Shown here piece after piece: positions 46,262 through 60,589 of a stretch of 64,000 nt of DNA; positions within the stretch are counted from its first letter, which is position 1; every line of letters begins with the position of its first letter. Made by a program: the position numbers and the translations under genes. The notes below the pieces were generated by a model that made no database searches, was not told the origin of the DNA, and was given only the letters and a program-made list of their open reading frames with translations. This stretch comes from the human T2T-CHM13v2.0 reference genome, Homo sapiens: assembly GCF_009914755.1 (NCBI RefSeq), contig NC_060935.1. The stretch is one strand, 5' to 3'.

Positions 46262-46750
46262 ACTCACTCATTCATTCAGGCAATAAGCATATGTTGGGTA
46301 CACACTCTATGCCAAGCACTATTCTAGGTGACTATTGATAAGACCGAAGCATTGTAATTCCCCTGTATTTAATAAATAAGAAGGAAAATACCAAGGAACA
46401 AATACTGACATGATATGACTGTAGATAATGAAGTGGGATACAGAAACATAAAGCAGGGTGGAGGTAGGGCGATGGAAAACAAGAAAGGATGGTCAGGGTT
46501 TCTGGGGCTAAGCAAGTCAGGAAAGACCCCTTTCAGGAGGTGATGTTGAAACAGAGACCCAAATGAATATCTAGGGAAAGCTTTTTAAGTCATGTGAACG
46601 CCATGTGTTCAGATGTAGGCCTGGAATACATTTGGCAAGTTCAAGAGAGAGAGAATGAGTCCAAAGTGCTTAGATAGGAGTAGATGAGTGAGGTTACTAC
46701 TGGAAAGGGGCTAGATCAAGCAGGCATGAGTGTGATGGGAAACCAGTGGC
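46262..46750 (-). mobile_element. L2 3' region
   Basis: cattcattca...ctatgccaagcactattctaggtg; caggaaagaccc...aggaggtgatgttgaaacagagacc. Confidence 0.75.
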
Positions 46751-46950
46751 TACTTTCAGTTACTCCTAATCTGTCTTCAGTCCTGAGGACAGATGAAGCA
46801 AAAAATTCCTTTTACTGACCACAAGTCTCAATATTTCAGGGAAATAATTCTACTAGCATGTCAATAAAAATGGATTTTTATGTCCTCTCAATATATCTTT
46901 AGGCTGAAGCAAATAAACTTTATGCTTTAGAAAAATATTTAGCAATATTA

Positions 46951-47712
46951 CATCAGGGAAATGCAAATTAAAACCACAATGAGACACTATCTTACCACAG
47001 ATAGAATGCCTTTCATTAAAAAGTCAAAAAATAGATGTTGGCGCAGATGTGGTGAAAAGAGAATACTGATACACTATTTCTGGGAATGTAAATTAGCACA
47101 CCCTCTCTGGAAAACAGCAGGAATACTTCTCAAAGAACGAAAAGTACATCTACTATGTTATCCTGCAATCTCACTACTGAGTACACAAAGGAAAAGAATT
47201 CATTATGTAAAAAGAACACCAGTATGTGTGTATACATTACAGCACAAGTCACGATAGCAAAGATATGGAATCAACCAAAGCGCCCACCAATTGATGAGTA
47301 GATAAAAAAAAGTATATATATTTCATTTAGTATAGACTATTATCACTAAATTTTTTTAATTATTGCTCTAACCATAGTACCATATACATGGAATACTATT
47401 AAATACATAAAAACGAATGAAAAATGTCTTTTGTGGCAACTTGGATAGAACTGGAGGTCATAATGCTAAGTAAAGTAACCTAAGAATGGGAAAACAAATA
47501 TGGGTATACAAAGGCATACAGAGTGGTATAAGGGACACTGGAGACCCAGAAGAGGGGAGGGTTGGATGGGGGTGAGGGATGAAAAAATACCTATTGGATA
47601 CAATGTATACTACTCTAGTGACAGGTACATTAAAATCCCAGACTTCAACACTGTACAATGCATCCATGTAACCAAGACCCACTTGTACCCCAAAAGCTAT
47701 TAAAATTTAAAA
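46951..47712 (+). mobile_element. L1PB-type 3' fragment
   Basis: [15 protein letters not shown]2 C-terminus; 3'UTR ccatgtaaccaagacccacttgtaccccaaaagctatt. Confidence 0.9.
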
Positions 47713-48015
47713 CAGACAAAATGATTTTTAAAAAGGAAAATTAAAGGACACATATGTTTTACGGAATAGTCTCAGGGCCTTCTTGCATCATGAAAACCAA
47801 CCACAGTACCAAAAAGTGCTTTATAAAATAAAATATTCTGTTGATGTGTTGAGAAAATAAAAATGGACTTGCACGCAGTACAGTTAGAACAATAATTTAA
47901 AAAAGAAAAATGTTTAGTGATATTAGAATATACTCACAAAATTATATTTCCCATGAAAAGCAAAGAGCAACACAGAGTAGTTGGTCCCATTTATCTTAAA
48001 AACTATATATTTATA

Positions 48016-48322
<307 letters not shown>

Positions 48323-48807
48323 TTATATATTTGCATGTGTGTATATTTATACGTAATACTTATTTTTGATCATATATTTATATATTTCATGAAATATATA
48401 TATAAAAACCTCACACAATTATGCACTATAATAGTTGAAGTAATTTTACAGATGGCAGAGTTATAGAGGATATTATTCTATTTTTTATTATTTTTAATTT
48501 TACTATATTTTCCAAATTTCCCGCAACATGCCTTTTTCATTATAAAAGTGATAATAAACTATGACTTCTATTATTTAAAAAGCTACAAAACGAAGATCTT
48601 TTTAAAATTACTCTAATTTGTAGATCTTTATGAAAATGTGGAGGAAGACTCATTGTTTAGAATTGTTAATCAATTATGTTTGCATCATAGTACTACTACT
48701 AATTAACAGTATGATGTTAGATTTATTGCTTAACTTCTCTGGGTTAGTTTTACCATCTAGTAATGTGAAAATGTAATGCCTATGTCTTAGACTCACTATG
48801 AGAAATA

Positions 48808-48904
48808 GTGCTCACTTCAGCAGCACATATACTGAAATTGGAACGGTACAAAGAAGATTAGCATGACCCCCATGCAAGGATGATATGCAAATTCATGAAG
48901 CATT
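48808..48904 (+). pseudogene. U6 snRNA retropseudogene (nt 1-97) followed by an A-rich tail, inserted in a MIR
   Basis: gtgctcacttcagcagcacatatact...aaattcatgaagcatt; 13 substitutions vs recalled U6; TSD-like tatgagaaat / tatgataaat. Confidence 0.96.
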
Positions 48905-49774
48905 TAAAAAATTAAATAAAAAAAGAAAAGAAAGAATTTTTATGATAAATTAAAATGACTGAAAGCAAGAAACTTGCAGAAATATCTTTGTTATACTATC
49001 TTAGAGGGCAGGGATTATACAAGTATTTATAAAATATCCAGCAGATTTTTAATGGAGTAGCTTCAGTTAAATTAGAAAAGGTTTTGATTGCAAACTCTAA
49101 AGAAGTCTCTATCAATATATAATCAGAGAATAATAAAATTACTATTTTGAAACTGACCTTGAGGCATCTCTTCTGTCATTAATTCCAGTCTTCCTTTTCC
49201 ATCAGCGAATGTCCAACTTTTCCCTGCACACTTTTAACAATGGGACTCTCATTCATTTGGCAGTATTAGGATAGAACTCACTATTAGTTTTTTTTTTTTT
49301 TCCTCTGTTAAGCCAAAATCCATTTATCTGTTCCTTTCACTCTACATCCTGCTTCTTTCTTCAGGATCTAGATAAAATTCGCCTGATCCAACAGTCACAC
49401 GATAGCCTTTTCAGTTTCTAAAAACAGCTATCATTTCCCCTCTCTACTAATACAGATTATTATTCACTTTTTCCCCAGCTAATCCTTGGAAAATAAGGTT
49501 GCTAGGCCCCTCACTTTCCCCTGGAGCACACACACTATATACTTATGAAATTGTGGAATCTAAGCCTGAATACAATTTCAACCAAGTTTCACTAGCATAA
49601 AACACAGGATTCCACCTGCCTAGCTGTCTTAATTGATTTTAAAAACATATAACATTGTAGGAGTCCCATCATTGGTTGTCTTAACTGAACTTTGAACACG
49701 GTACACTGAAAAGGCATTGGCCTTGAAACTCAAGAGATGTAGGGTCCAGTACAGTGCCTGGCACATAGTAAGCA

Positions 49775-50449
49775 CAGTAGTCCCCACTTATTCATGTGGG
49801 ATGCATTGCAAGACTCCCAGTGGATGCTTGAAACCATGGATAGTACAGAACCCTAGATATACTATGTTTCTTCCTATACATACATACCCATGATAATATT
49901 TAACTTGTAAACTAGGCACAGTTAGATTAATAACAATAGTAATACAATAGAACAACTATAATAATATACTGTCATAAAAGTTATGTGAAATCGGTCTCTG
50001 TCTTGAAATATCTTATCATATTATACTCACATTTCTTGAGCCTACATGTTGAGTTGAAGGGAGATGAATGACATAGGCACTGTGATGTAGCTATAGGCTA
50101 CTATTGACCTTCTGACAACACATCAGAAGGAAAATCATCTGCTTGGGGTGATTCTGGTCCTCAATCCATGTAGATGTCGATAGCTGGATGTCAGGAGCAG
50201 ACAATGTTGATGACTAATGGGTGAATGGGTAGCATACATATGGATATGCTGAACAAAGGTATGATCTGTGTCCAGGGTGGGATGGAGCAGGACAGTGGGA
50301 GATTTCATCATGCCACTCAGACTGGCTTGCAATCTAAGACTTATAAATTGTAGATTTCTGGAATTTTTCATTTATTATTTTTGGACTGCAGTTGACCTCA
50401 GGTAACTAAAACCACATAAAGGAGAAACACAGATATGGGGGATCTACTA
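49775..50449 (-). mobile_element. MER44 (Tigger7-derived) DNA transposon inserted in a MIR
   Basis: cagtagtccccactta...gaaaccatggatagt...gggggatctacta; flanks gcacatagtaagca | tttcaataaat. Confidence 0.9.
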
Positions 50450-51355
50450 TTTTCAATAAATTATGGCTGTTATTGTCATAATTACTACTGTAATTATTTA
50501 AAAACGCTTAAGATATTTTAGATTTGTAATCACTGAGCCCTATTTTCCTGAACCTGTGTAACACATTTCGTTTTTTAGAAATCTGGGTAGAACGTTCATC
50601 TTTGTTAACTGTATTTTATGAGAATTAAATTGTCTTATCAAGTAGCCCTGTTAAAAGCTTTTAGGATTGTGATTCAGTGTGAAACCACATGTGCTTTCCC
50701 TTCCAGATCTCTGTCACCTGTGCATGCGATGAGCTATTCACTATATCTTCAGTCAAGCCACAGATAAAAATGTTGACTGAAGCAAGTTCAAAGTCTGAGG
50801 CACATGTGTTGTGCATCACCTGATGTGAGAAAGAAAGGAACTGCTTATAGCCGTGTATACCTGTGTCGTTTAAGAAATGGCAGACTAAGCCATTTTTCAT
50901 CATTTAATTTTAACCCTCTGGGTCACTACATTTACCTGAAGTGCACTTAACATTATAGAATCTAAGACCATTTGAAAATTGTCATTGGCATTAGTTCTTG
51001 TTTTTTTAAAAAAATATAGACTGAATCACAATTCAAACTTGTGAACTCTATTGGTATATCTGAGCAGTATAATTAATGAATTTCAGTTAATTTGTAAAGA
51101 CTTACTCTGTTCTAGGCCCTAAGCCAGAGCCTGAAGAAGTTCACGGTCTAGTGAAATACACAAATATATATTATATCATCGTATGTATGTTGTCAAGTAT
51201 TAAAACAGAGGCATTCATGACTGTTTCTAAAGTGTCATAACCAAATTCCTGGCCACATAATTAAAAACATTTTAGAGCTGGCAAATATTTTATAGATTAT
51301 CAAATCCAATCTTTTAATTATATCCAGAAACTGGCTCAAAAAAGGGAACCAACTT

Positions 51356-51726
<371 letters not shown>

Positions 51727-52595
51727 CTATAGAAATGTCCTTCCCCTATCCTCCACTTGACAATGTCCTCCTGCACCAATAAATATGTACATTTGTTTAT
51801 ATGTAATGGTAGACCATCCTAAGAGTCATCTTTCTGAAGAATCTTATAATCCAGGATTGAAGGTATGGATACAGAATAAATAAGAAATGTGTATCCTATT
51901 GAGTCTTTATCCCTGAGTATATCTAAGGAATTAAATGTACATGTTCATGCACAATTAAATTCCCTTACATTCCAATATTAGCTTGTCATTATTTGTTTTT
52001 TTCCCCCTCCTCCATGGAATATAGGGAAGTACAATAACACCTTATTAATTAAGGATTAATGCTCATTCATTTTTAATTAATTCATCCCTCAAATATTTAT
52101 TGACTTTCCACTATGTGAAAGCTCATTTTGAGACCAGAAAAGTTCCCTGGTCCCCTTTTCAGGGCATGCAATGAGGGTGTGGCTTGCTTCTTCAGTGCCC
52201 CACTGCTCAAACCTCTAGGGGAGCATACAGACGGGCAGGCTGTGGAGCTCCCACCCCATGGAAGTGTCTGGAGGTGAATGTTTATAGCTGAGGCCCCAGT
52301 GGGCATGGGTTACAGGGTGCTAACTTAGTTTAGCCACCTGTAGGCATCTTGTGTTAACCAGCTCAATTACACCCTCTACATTGTCAGAAAGACAGAGGAC
52401 TTTCTTTATCCTGGGTTCTTGCCTTGGTGTTCCAGAAGAATCAGATCACACCTGGGCTTGGAGAATAAGTTCAAGGTTTTATTGAGTGGACATAGCTCTC
52501 AGCAGATGGGGGAAGCCAGAAGGGGATGGAGTGGGTCAGGCCGCTCAACAGCCTGGGCCCTTCTCCTACTACCCCAGCCAAACTCTGCCTCCTAC

Positions 52596-54023
52596 TGTGT
52601 CCGGAATTTGTGGGTTCTTGGTCTCACTGACTTCAAGAATGAAGCCGCGGATCCTCACGGTGAGTGTTACAGTTCTTAAAGATGGTGTGTCCGGAGTTTC
52701 TTTCTTCTGGTGGGTTCATGGTCTCGCTGGCTTCAAGAGTGAAGCTGCAGACCTTCATGGTGAGTGTTACAGCTCACAAAGTTGGCGTGGACACAAAGAA
52801 TGAGCAGCAGCAAGATTTATTGCAAAGAGCAAAAGAATAAAGCTTCCACAGCATGGAAGCGGACCTGAGCGGGTTGCCACCGCTAGCTCGGGCAGCCTGC
52901 TTTTATTCCCTTATCTGACCCTACCCACATTCTGCTGATTGGCCCATTTTACACAGAGCTGATTGGTCCATTTTGACAGGGTGCTGATTGGTGCATTTAC
53001 AATCCCTGAGCTAGACACAGAGTGCTGACTGGTGTATTTACAATCCTCTAGCTAGACGTAAAAGTTCTCCAAGTCCCCACTAGATTAGCTAGACACAGAG
53101 CATTGATTGGTGTGTTTACAAACCTTGAGCTAGACACAGAGTGCTGATTGGTGTGTCTACAAACCTTGAGCTAGACACAGTGCTGACTGGTGAGTTTACA
53201 AACCTTGAGCTAGACAGAGTGCTGATTGGTGCATTTACAATCCTTTAGATAGACATAAAAGTTCTCCAAGTCCACATCAGATTAGCTAGATACAGAGTGC
53301 TGATTGGTGCATCCACGAACTCGGAGCTAGACACAGAGTGCTGATTGGTGCATATACAATCCTCCGGCTAGACATAAAAGTTCTCCAAGTCCCCACACAA
53401 CTCAGGAGCTCAGCTGGTTTCACCTAGTGGATCCTGCGCCAGGACCACGGGCGGAACTGCCCACCAGTCTCCTTGGCTGGTCAATGGGACCGGGTGCCAC
53501 AGAGCAGGGGGCAGTGCCCATCAGGGAGGCTCAGGCCACGTGGGAGCCCACCGCAGGGTGGTGGTGGGGGTGCCGTGGGCATGGCAGGCTGCAGGTCACG
53601 AGCCCTGCCCCATGGGGAGGTGGCTGAGGCCTGGTGAGAATTCCAGAGCGGTGCGGGTGGGCAAGCAGTGCTGGGGGGCCCGATGCCCCCTCCGCAGCTG
53701 CTGGCCTGGGTGCTAAGCCCCTCACTACCTGGGCCTGCAGTGCCAGCCGGCCACTCCGAGTGTGGGGCCCCCTGAGCCCGCACCCACCAGGAACTCACGA
53801 TGGCCCATGAGGGCCACGCACAGCCCTGGTTCCCGCCTGCGCCTCTCCCTCCCTCCACACCTCCCCTCAAGCAGAGGGAGCCAGCTCCAGCCTCAGCCAG
53901 CCCAGAGAGGGGCTCCCACAGTGCAGCAGTGGGCTGAAGTGCTCCTCAAGTGTGGCCAGAGCAGACGCCAAGGCTGAGGAGGTGTGTAGAGCAAGTGAGG
54001 GCTGCTCACGTTGTCACCTCTCA
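52596..54023 (-). mobile_element. LTR12 (ERV9) solo LTR, about 1.43 kb
   Basis: Minus strand starts tgagaggtgacaacgtg and ends aattccggacaca; GC-rich U3; tandem gctagacacagagtgctgattgg units. Confidence 0.95.
52930..53380 (-). promoter_or_regulatory. LTR12 tandem CCAAT (NF-Y) repeat array
   Basis: Eight intact tgATTGG copies plus two tgACTGG variants in roughly 40-bp repeats. Confidence 0.75.
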
Positions 54024-56126
54024 GTTCCACCTGTCGATGGGCTGCCTGTGTGCTGGCATCTGTCCTGTGCTCTTCTGCCAGCATGCTCCCCTCAACATCC
54101 TCTCGATGTCCATCCACTTGTGTCTTCTTCAGCCGATATGTTCCTCTCAACGTCCAGCCACTTGTGTCTCTGCCTGCTAGGATCTTGGGGTTTTTATAGG
54201 CACAGGATGGGGCATGGCAAGCCAGGATGGTCTTGGGAAATGCAACATTTGGCCAGGAAAACAAAAATGCCTGTCTTCACCTAGATCCGTGGGCACAGGC
54301 CCAAGGGTGGAGCCCTAGCCAGGGACTATGCCCTTCCTCACTTCCATATCATTTAAAAGGAGCACACCCTTCCCTTCTCAGCATTTCCCTTGTCCCCTTT
54401 GGCATCACTTTGTAAGATAAGATATAGAGTAACTATGGTAGCAGCCCTAAGGAAGTCCATTTGTCTTGGTAGTACTCTGCTCTTTGTGTTACAATGAAAT
54501 GTATCATAAAGCCTAATAACACATGAATATTCTGGATACTTACTCTTACAAAGGACACACAGGCTACTGCCACTGTTCTAGGGTATCTGTGCCACAATTA
54601 AGTGTTAGTGAAGCAAATATTTATTGGATCTTAGTGTCTGAAAGAAACTGAGATATGTGATTTTCATAATATTTTCTGATTTGGCACTCCCAACTCCTCT
54701 GAGAAGTTAATATTCTAATTGCCCACTAGTGATTATAGCTGAAAACCTGAGGTTGCTAATGCTGAGTAATTTATCTCAGGTCATACAAGTAAATGAAGGA
54801 GCTAGCATTTGAATGCAAGTCTTTGTGACTTCAAAGCCTATGCTGTTTCCACAGAACTTTCACAATGTTCTGGAATCAAAGGGTGGTGACAACCATCAGT
54901 GTGTAAAATGGGTGAGGAAAGCTTGGAAGGAGTGAGTTCGTCACTGATTTCAATAGTTTGCATTTGTTTAAGTTTAACCTGTAATGATAACAGATATTTT
55001 TATAAATTGGAATATAAACATGCGCACTTTCCTCGAGTATCTCTAAGTGCAAGATTCTGCACTAAAGCTGTGAAATTCTGCAATTGATCATTTTAAGAAG
55101 CTATTATTCACTATTGCTGTTAATGAGAATGATTTTTTACTTCCTTTTCTGAAGCTTCTCTTTCTGTATTTTCAACATGGGCAGTTATACACAAAGTCAT
55201 TTACTATACATTTTGTTTTGTTTTTTTTTCCCACTGTGGATGGTTCTGGCACTGAGTTTATCTCCCGTTAAGCACATTTCTTCTTGGCCATGAAGATGAG
55301 CCAAATTGCCTTAGCTATTTGGTCTTACCCATGGTGCAACACTTGCCAGAAGTTTCTCCAGGGAAATTATGCAGCTCTAAGCAGCTCCAGATCTTTTAGC
55401 CCCAAGTTTCCTCAAAATAACCTGGACATTTTCCACACTCTTCAGTTCCACCTCACTGGTCCCTGGACGAGTTGTGTAAGGTTTTTGAATGACCTTGATC
55501 CACCCTAATTTGAAATCGCCACAGGTATCAGAAGGAAAAGCTGACAGGGGATTATTCCCAAGTAGGACAGATCACCTCTAAACTGACACAGGCCCCATAG
55601 GAAGGGCTCAATCTTCTGTTTTTCTTACTGGGTGGCTTTTTCACTTATGATGGGGAAAGGAGTTCTGTCGAGAATAGACATCCCCCTGGCTCTTTCTTAG
55701 AAGAGTCAGAGATGAAAAAGCAGGAGACAGATTCCTAATCTTTTATTTACTTCCCCAAAAGCGAATTTGCAGTATAGACAGGAGACTAAAATGGCAAGGA
55801 CTTCAGTTAACAGTGCAGCACCAAGCAGTGGCGATAAAATAATAAATAGGATGCACAGAGTCCTTCACTCCCAAAATCAGTAGTTAAGCACCATTTCAAT
55901 AAACTTATTTCTCTAAAGTAGTGCACGTACCAGGAAAGGGGAAAGGAGTACTAGGGGAGCTGAGAATGGGACTCAAACCCAAACCCACAGAGCTGGGCAA
56001 AGTTCTGACTTCAAATACCTAAGTCTACTTGTCCTCAGAGATTATATATTTTATTTTTAATCTAATAGGCATTTATGTAATACTTGCTATATGCCATGCT
56101 CTATTATAAGAGCTTTAGAAACATTC

Positions 56127-56424
<298 letters not shown>

Positions 56425-57544
56425 TTAATCTTCATATTAAACCTATGAAATAGATACTATCATCCCTGGTCCCATTATATGGATGAGGAAACTGAGGCAC
56501 AGGTAATTTGAGTAACCTGCTCAAGGTCACACAACTAGGAAGTGGCAGAGCTGGGTTTTGAACCCAGAGGCCATGCTCTTATTCCTAAAATAGGAATCTA
56601 TCAATAAATCCTTTAAAAGGAAAAGTTCCTGTGACCTGGTCAGGGGTGGCATGGGAAAGGAAGACTTGGAAAGACTATTTGCATTCTGCAGTGCTGAAGA
56701 AGTACAAGAGGAGGGCATCACTCATTCTCTGGTCTTGGTCTGTAGGAAAATGAGGATCCCAAGAAACTGCTGGAGCCACAAATATGGCCTCGGCCATGTG
56801 GTGCAAAAGCCTGTGTGGGCTCCTGCCAAGACACCAAAATAGCTTATTCATATTGAAATTTTAGTCTAATCCAGGCCCATGATAGACCTTGGATAGTGCC
56901 AATTTCTAAAGAAGAGAACATGTAAATAGTCCTTTCCCATCTTAAAAGTAATTTTTGCAGATAGTAGCTTCTCCTGCCACACTTCTCCTCTACATGCAGA
57001 GAGAGGATCGATGACAAAGACCCCTCTATGACAGAGAAGTCCCAAACTACCCTCACACTGCCAGCCTTTCAGAGGAAATGAGAGAGAGAGCAGCTGGTCA
57101 AACCAGAGACAGAATATCGTTTCTGTTACCTACCTTCCCTAATCCAAAAATAGCTAGATCCCCCAGTAGCCAGGAAACTTGAAGAAAAGAGACAGGAAAA
57201 GAGGTAAACGCGTCAATTTCATGAACTAGAAAACACTAAAAATTCGGGCAAGGATTACCACACTGAAATAAAACCTCCATGGCCCTTCAATCACCAAACC
57301 ATCTCTACAGCAGACTGCCCTTTCAAATATTTATTTTGTATTTTTCTTTCATTTTCCTCGCCCCCATTACCCAGAAAATGGAAATAGGTGAAATACTACT
57401 TGCATGACCTTGAAAAAGTATCCCACACTCTTTGCATCTCAGTCTCCTTGTCTGTAAAATGTGAATAATCTGACCCCACAGGGTAGCGCTAACTGATGGA
57501 AGCACCTGGCACAGGGCCTGTTTCATAAGGAATGCTCAATATAG

Positions 57545-57857
<313 letters not shown>

Positions 57858-59545
57858 GGCTTCTCCTTTTTATTAACAAAAGCAGCTTTTGAGCACTTGC
57901 TTATCTTCCTAGTTAGCTTTGTGATCTTGCATATGTCATTTTAACTTAGCTGAACCTTCATTGCCATCCATAAAAATCAGTGCAAAGAAATGAAAGGATT
58001 TATCATTTTGACAACCAGAATTTCTATGAGGAAGGAGGCTGTGTTTGTATTTAAAAAAAAAAAAAAAACACTTTGATGATTTCTGGTGTTAGCTAATTGG
58101 CATCATGGCTTCCAACAAGAGGGACAAAATGCTCTCTATGGGACAACTAAACTGGAAATAGAGAAATAAAGAAAATACCTGATGAGAGAAGAGCGGGAGG
58201 AGGGACAAAAAAAGACAGCCTAATGGGGTTAAAGGTTTGTGAAGCTCTGCAGTGGTGGGGTAGCTGAGGATGTTGTAAGAGCAAGGTTTCTTACTATTGT
58301 GTTTAAAGTTGTTTACGTTGCTTGGACTTAAAGCTTTCTCTGTTTCACCACTACATCTTACAGATAGTCTAATAAGGATATTTGTTAGGAATGTTAAACT
58401 TAAGGAATTTGAAGAACCTGAGTTCCAAGTGTAGGTCAACAAAGATGACCCAGGACAGAGCAGGTGCCCAGACATGTAGGTGGTCATGAAAGCAGAACCT
58501 TGGATACATCCAGAGAAGTCCTGGCTGTCTGCAGGCCCAGGCAGATGAGAAGGGAATCTGAAGCCCATGTTACCTAGATTTTTCAGAGGCAAGGAAGATT
58601 TCAGCTGAGAGTACAGTTACCGGAGGATAATCATATGAACTTAGCAGGTAAATGACTTCACATCCATCTCAAGTTATATGGCCTTATAAGTGTTCTCCCT
58701 CTCTCTATTCCCTCTTTCCATTCTTTGTTTCTTGTGGTCTTTATATCTTGCTTTTAATAAAAATGCTGTAGTTTTACGTTGGAGTGCATATTTCTATGCC
58801 GTAGTCCAACCCACATTATTCCAAAGGGGAAATATTAGCTTGTCTATTCCAACTGCAGTATCTTTCAATCTCCAGAAAGCATATATGTTTTTTTCTTTTA
58901 AACCACATCATCCAGTGAATATTCATCTATGTAAAAGTGATTCATTATCACCTTTCATTTTTACTATCCACTATCTTATTGTTCATTACTATCTAGAGGC
59001 TGGTTTCTCACTTTTGTCCTTGGATTTGCAATTTTTATTGCTGCTGCAGACTACTTTTCATATCTCCTTTTACAGTTTCTGTGTTTCTCCATAACCATCC
59101 CTCTGTGTTCCATGATCAAGTAAAGTGGCAGTCACTAAATTATTGGGAATTCTCTATAGCTTCCCATCGTTGGTGATGTTGGACCATACAGTCTGCTCAC
59201 TCTTTTCAGTGAGCCATATATTGAAAAAGATATATGGGTATTAACACTTCAGTGTCTGGCAGATTTAGAGATCAACTTCCTGTTTATTATCAACTATTAT
59301 CTGTGTTGATTTTGTAATTCTCTTTTTCTTTCTCTCTCTAGTTCTATACAATTGTGTTGCTTAGTTTCTTGTGCCATTGCAAAGCTGTTTCTTCGTCTCG
59401 ATTGTCAATACCTAGATTTCAGGTCCTCTGCAAACCTCTTTTCTTTCATTTAATAAACTCATTTGGTTAGTTCCCACTATACAAGAAAACAAATTTCAGG
59501 CACCCTGGAATTTCTCATGGACTCTTCTCTAAAATACTCACCTTG

Positions 59546-59865
59546 GGCCGGGCACGGTGGCTCACGCCTGTAATCCCAGCATTTTGGGAGGCCAAGGCAG
59601 GCGGATCATGAGGTCAGGAGATCGAGACCATCCTGGCTAACATGGTGAAACCTCATCTCTACTAAAAGTACAAAAAATTAGCTGGGCGTGGTGGTGGGCA
59701 CCTGTAGTCCCAGCTACTCGGGAGGCTGAGGCAGGAGAATGGCGTGAACCCAGGAGGCGGCACATGCAGTGAGCCCAGAATGCGCCACTGCACCCCAGCC
59801 TGAGCAACAGTGTAAGACTCTGTCTCAAAAATAATAATAATAATAAAATAAAATAAAAAATAAAA
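59546..59865 (+). mobile_element. AluY-type with (TAA)/(TAAAA)n tail
   Basis: ggagaatggcgtgaaccc; perfect 16-bp TSD taaaatactcaccttg at 59530-59545 and 59866-59881. Confidence 0.97.
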
Positions 59866-60080
59866 TAAAATACTCACCTTGGCCAAATTCTCTGCCACCA
59901 GTCCCTACTTTTCCCCCACCCTACATCAAAGTTGTAAATAGTTGATTAATGATACTCTTCAATTTGGGAACATTATCAGTTATTATCACTGGTCCACAAA
60001 AGGTCCTTCCCTTATTTCATATATTTATGTATTTTCTCTTTTCACAATGTGTTATTCCCACTTGTTTGCATGTGTTCATA

Positions 60081-60589
60081 CAGTCGTTTCTGCTATAATG
60101 CTTGTTATGCAACTGTGAATTTGTTTCCATGCCGTTGACAGAGCAAACAATTTGAGTATAATGTAAAATTTATGTTGTGTGGAATTCTGTCCAGGAGAAA
60201 CACTAGGTGAATTCAGAAAACTGTACTCCAGTGACTGGAGCACCAAAGAAACATAAACATACCAAAAGCATACGTATACACACTCCTCAAATGTGTACTA
60301 GCTACCTCAATTCCCTGTCTGTGTTAGGAGCCATACAAATAAACATCTGGCACTACAACCGAATGAAAGTTTTCATATGTACATATTGTAACATGTATGT
60401 ACTTTAACCACTTAACGTATATAATTGTGCTGCAGTTTTTATTAGATTTCAAACTTTTTAATGTCACTGGAAAATATTTTTTGTTCCCCAAACACATTGT
60501 TCTCACAAGCACAGTGTTTTCTACTTCATGCTTTTGCATACCAATGTGATTTTTAGAAAAGAATAAGTTGCTTTATGAAGAAATGACTA
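60081..60589 (-). mobile_element. Tigger13a-like TcMar DNA transposon
   Basis: ta|cagtcgtttctgctataa ... ttatgaagaaatgacta imperfect TIRs. Confidence 0.75.

Larger units (their letters stand above)
52129..54407 (-). mobile_element. LTR1/MER52-group ERV1 solo LTR split by LTR12 (pieces 52129-52595 and 54024-54407)
   Basis: tg...ca termini; minus-strand TATAAAA (54192-54198) and AATAAA (52478-52483); near-TSD attt/cttt. Confidence 0.85.

Noticed and set aside
52930-53400. Repeat-spacer-like array
   Set aside because: Not CRISPR; these are the known LTR12 U3 tandem repeats in a eukaryotic genome.
53420-54020. GC-rich stretch resembling a CpG-island promoter with several ORFs
   Set aside because: Lies wholly within LTR12 U3 and is CpG-depleted.
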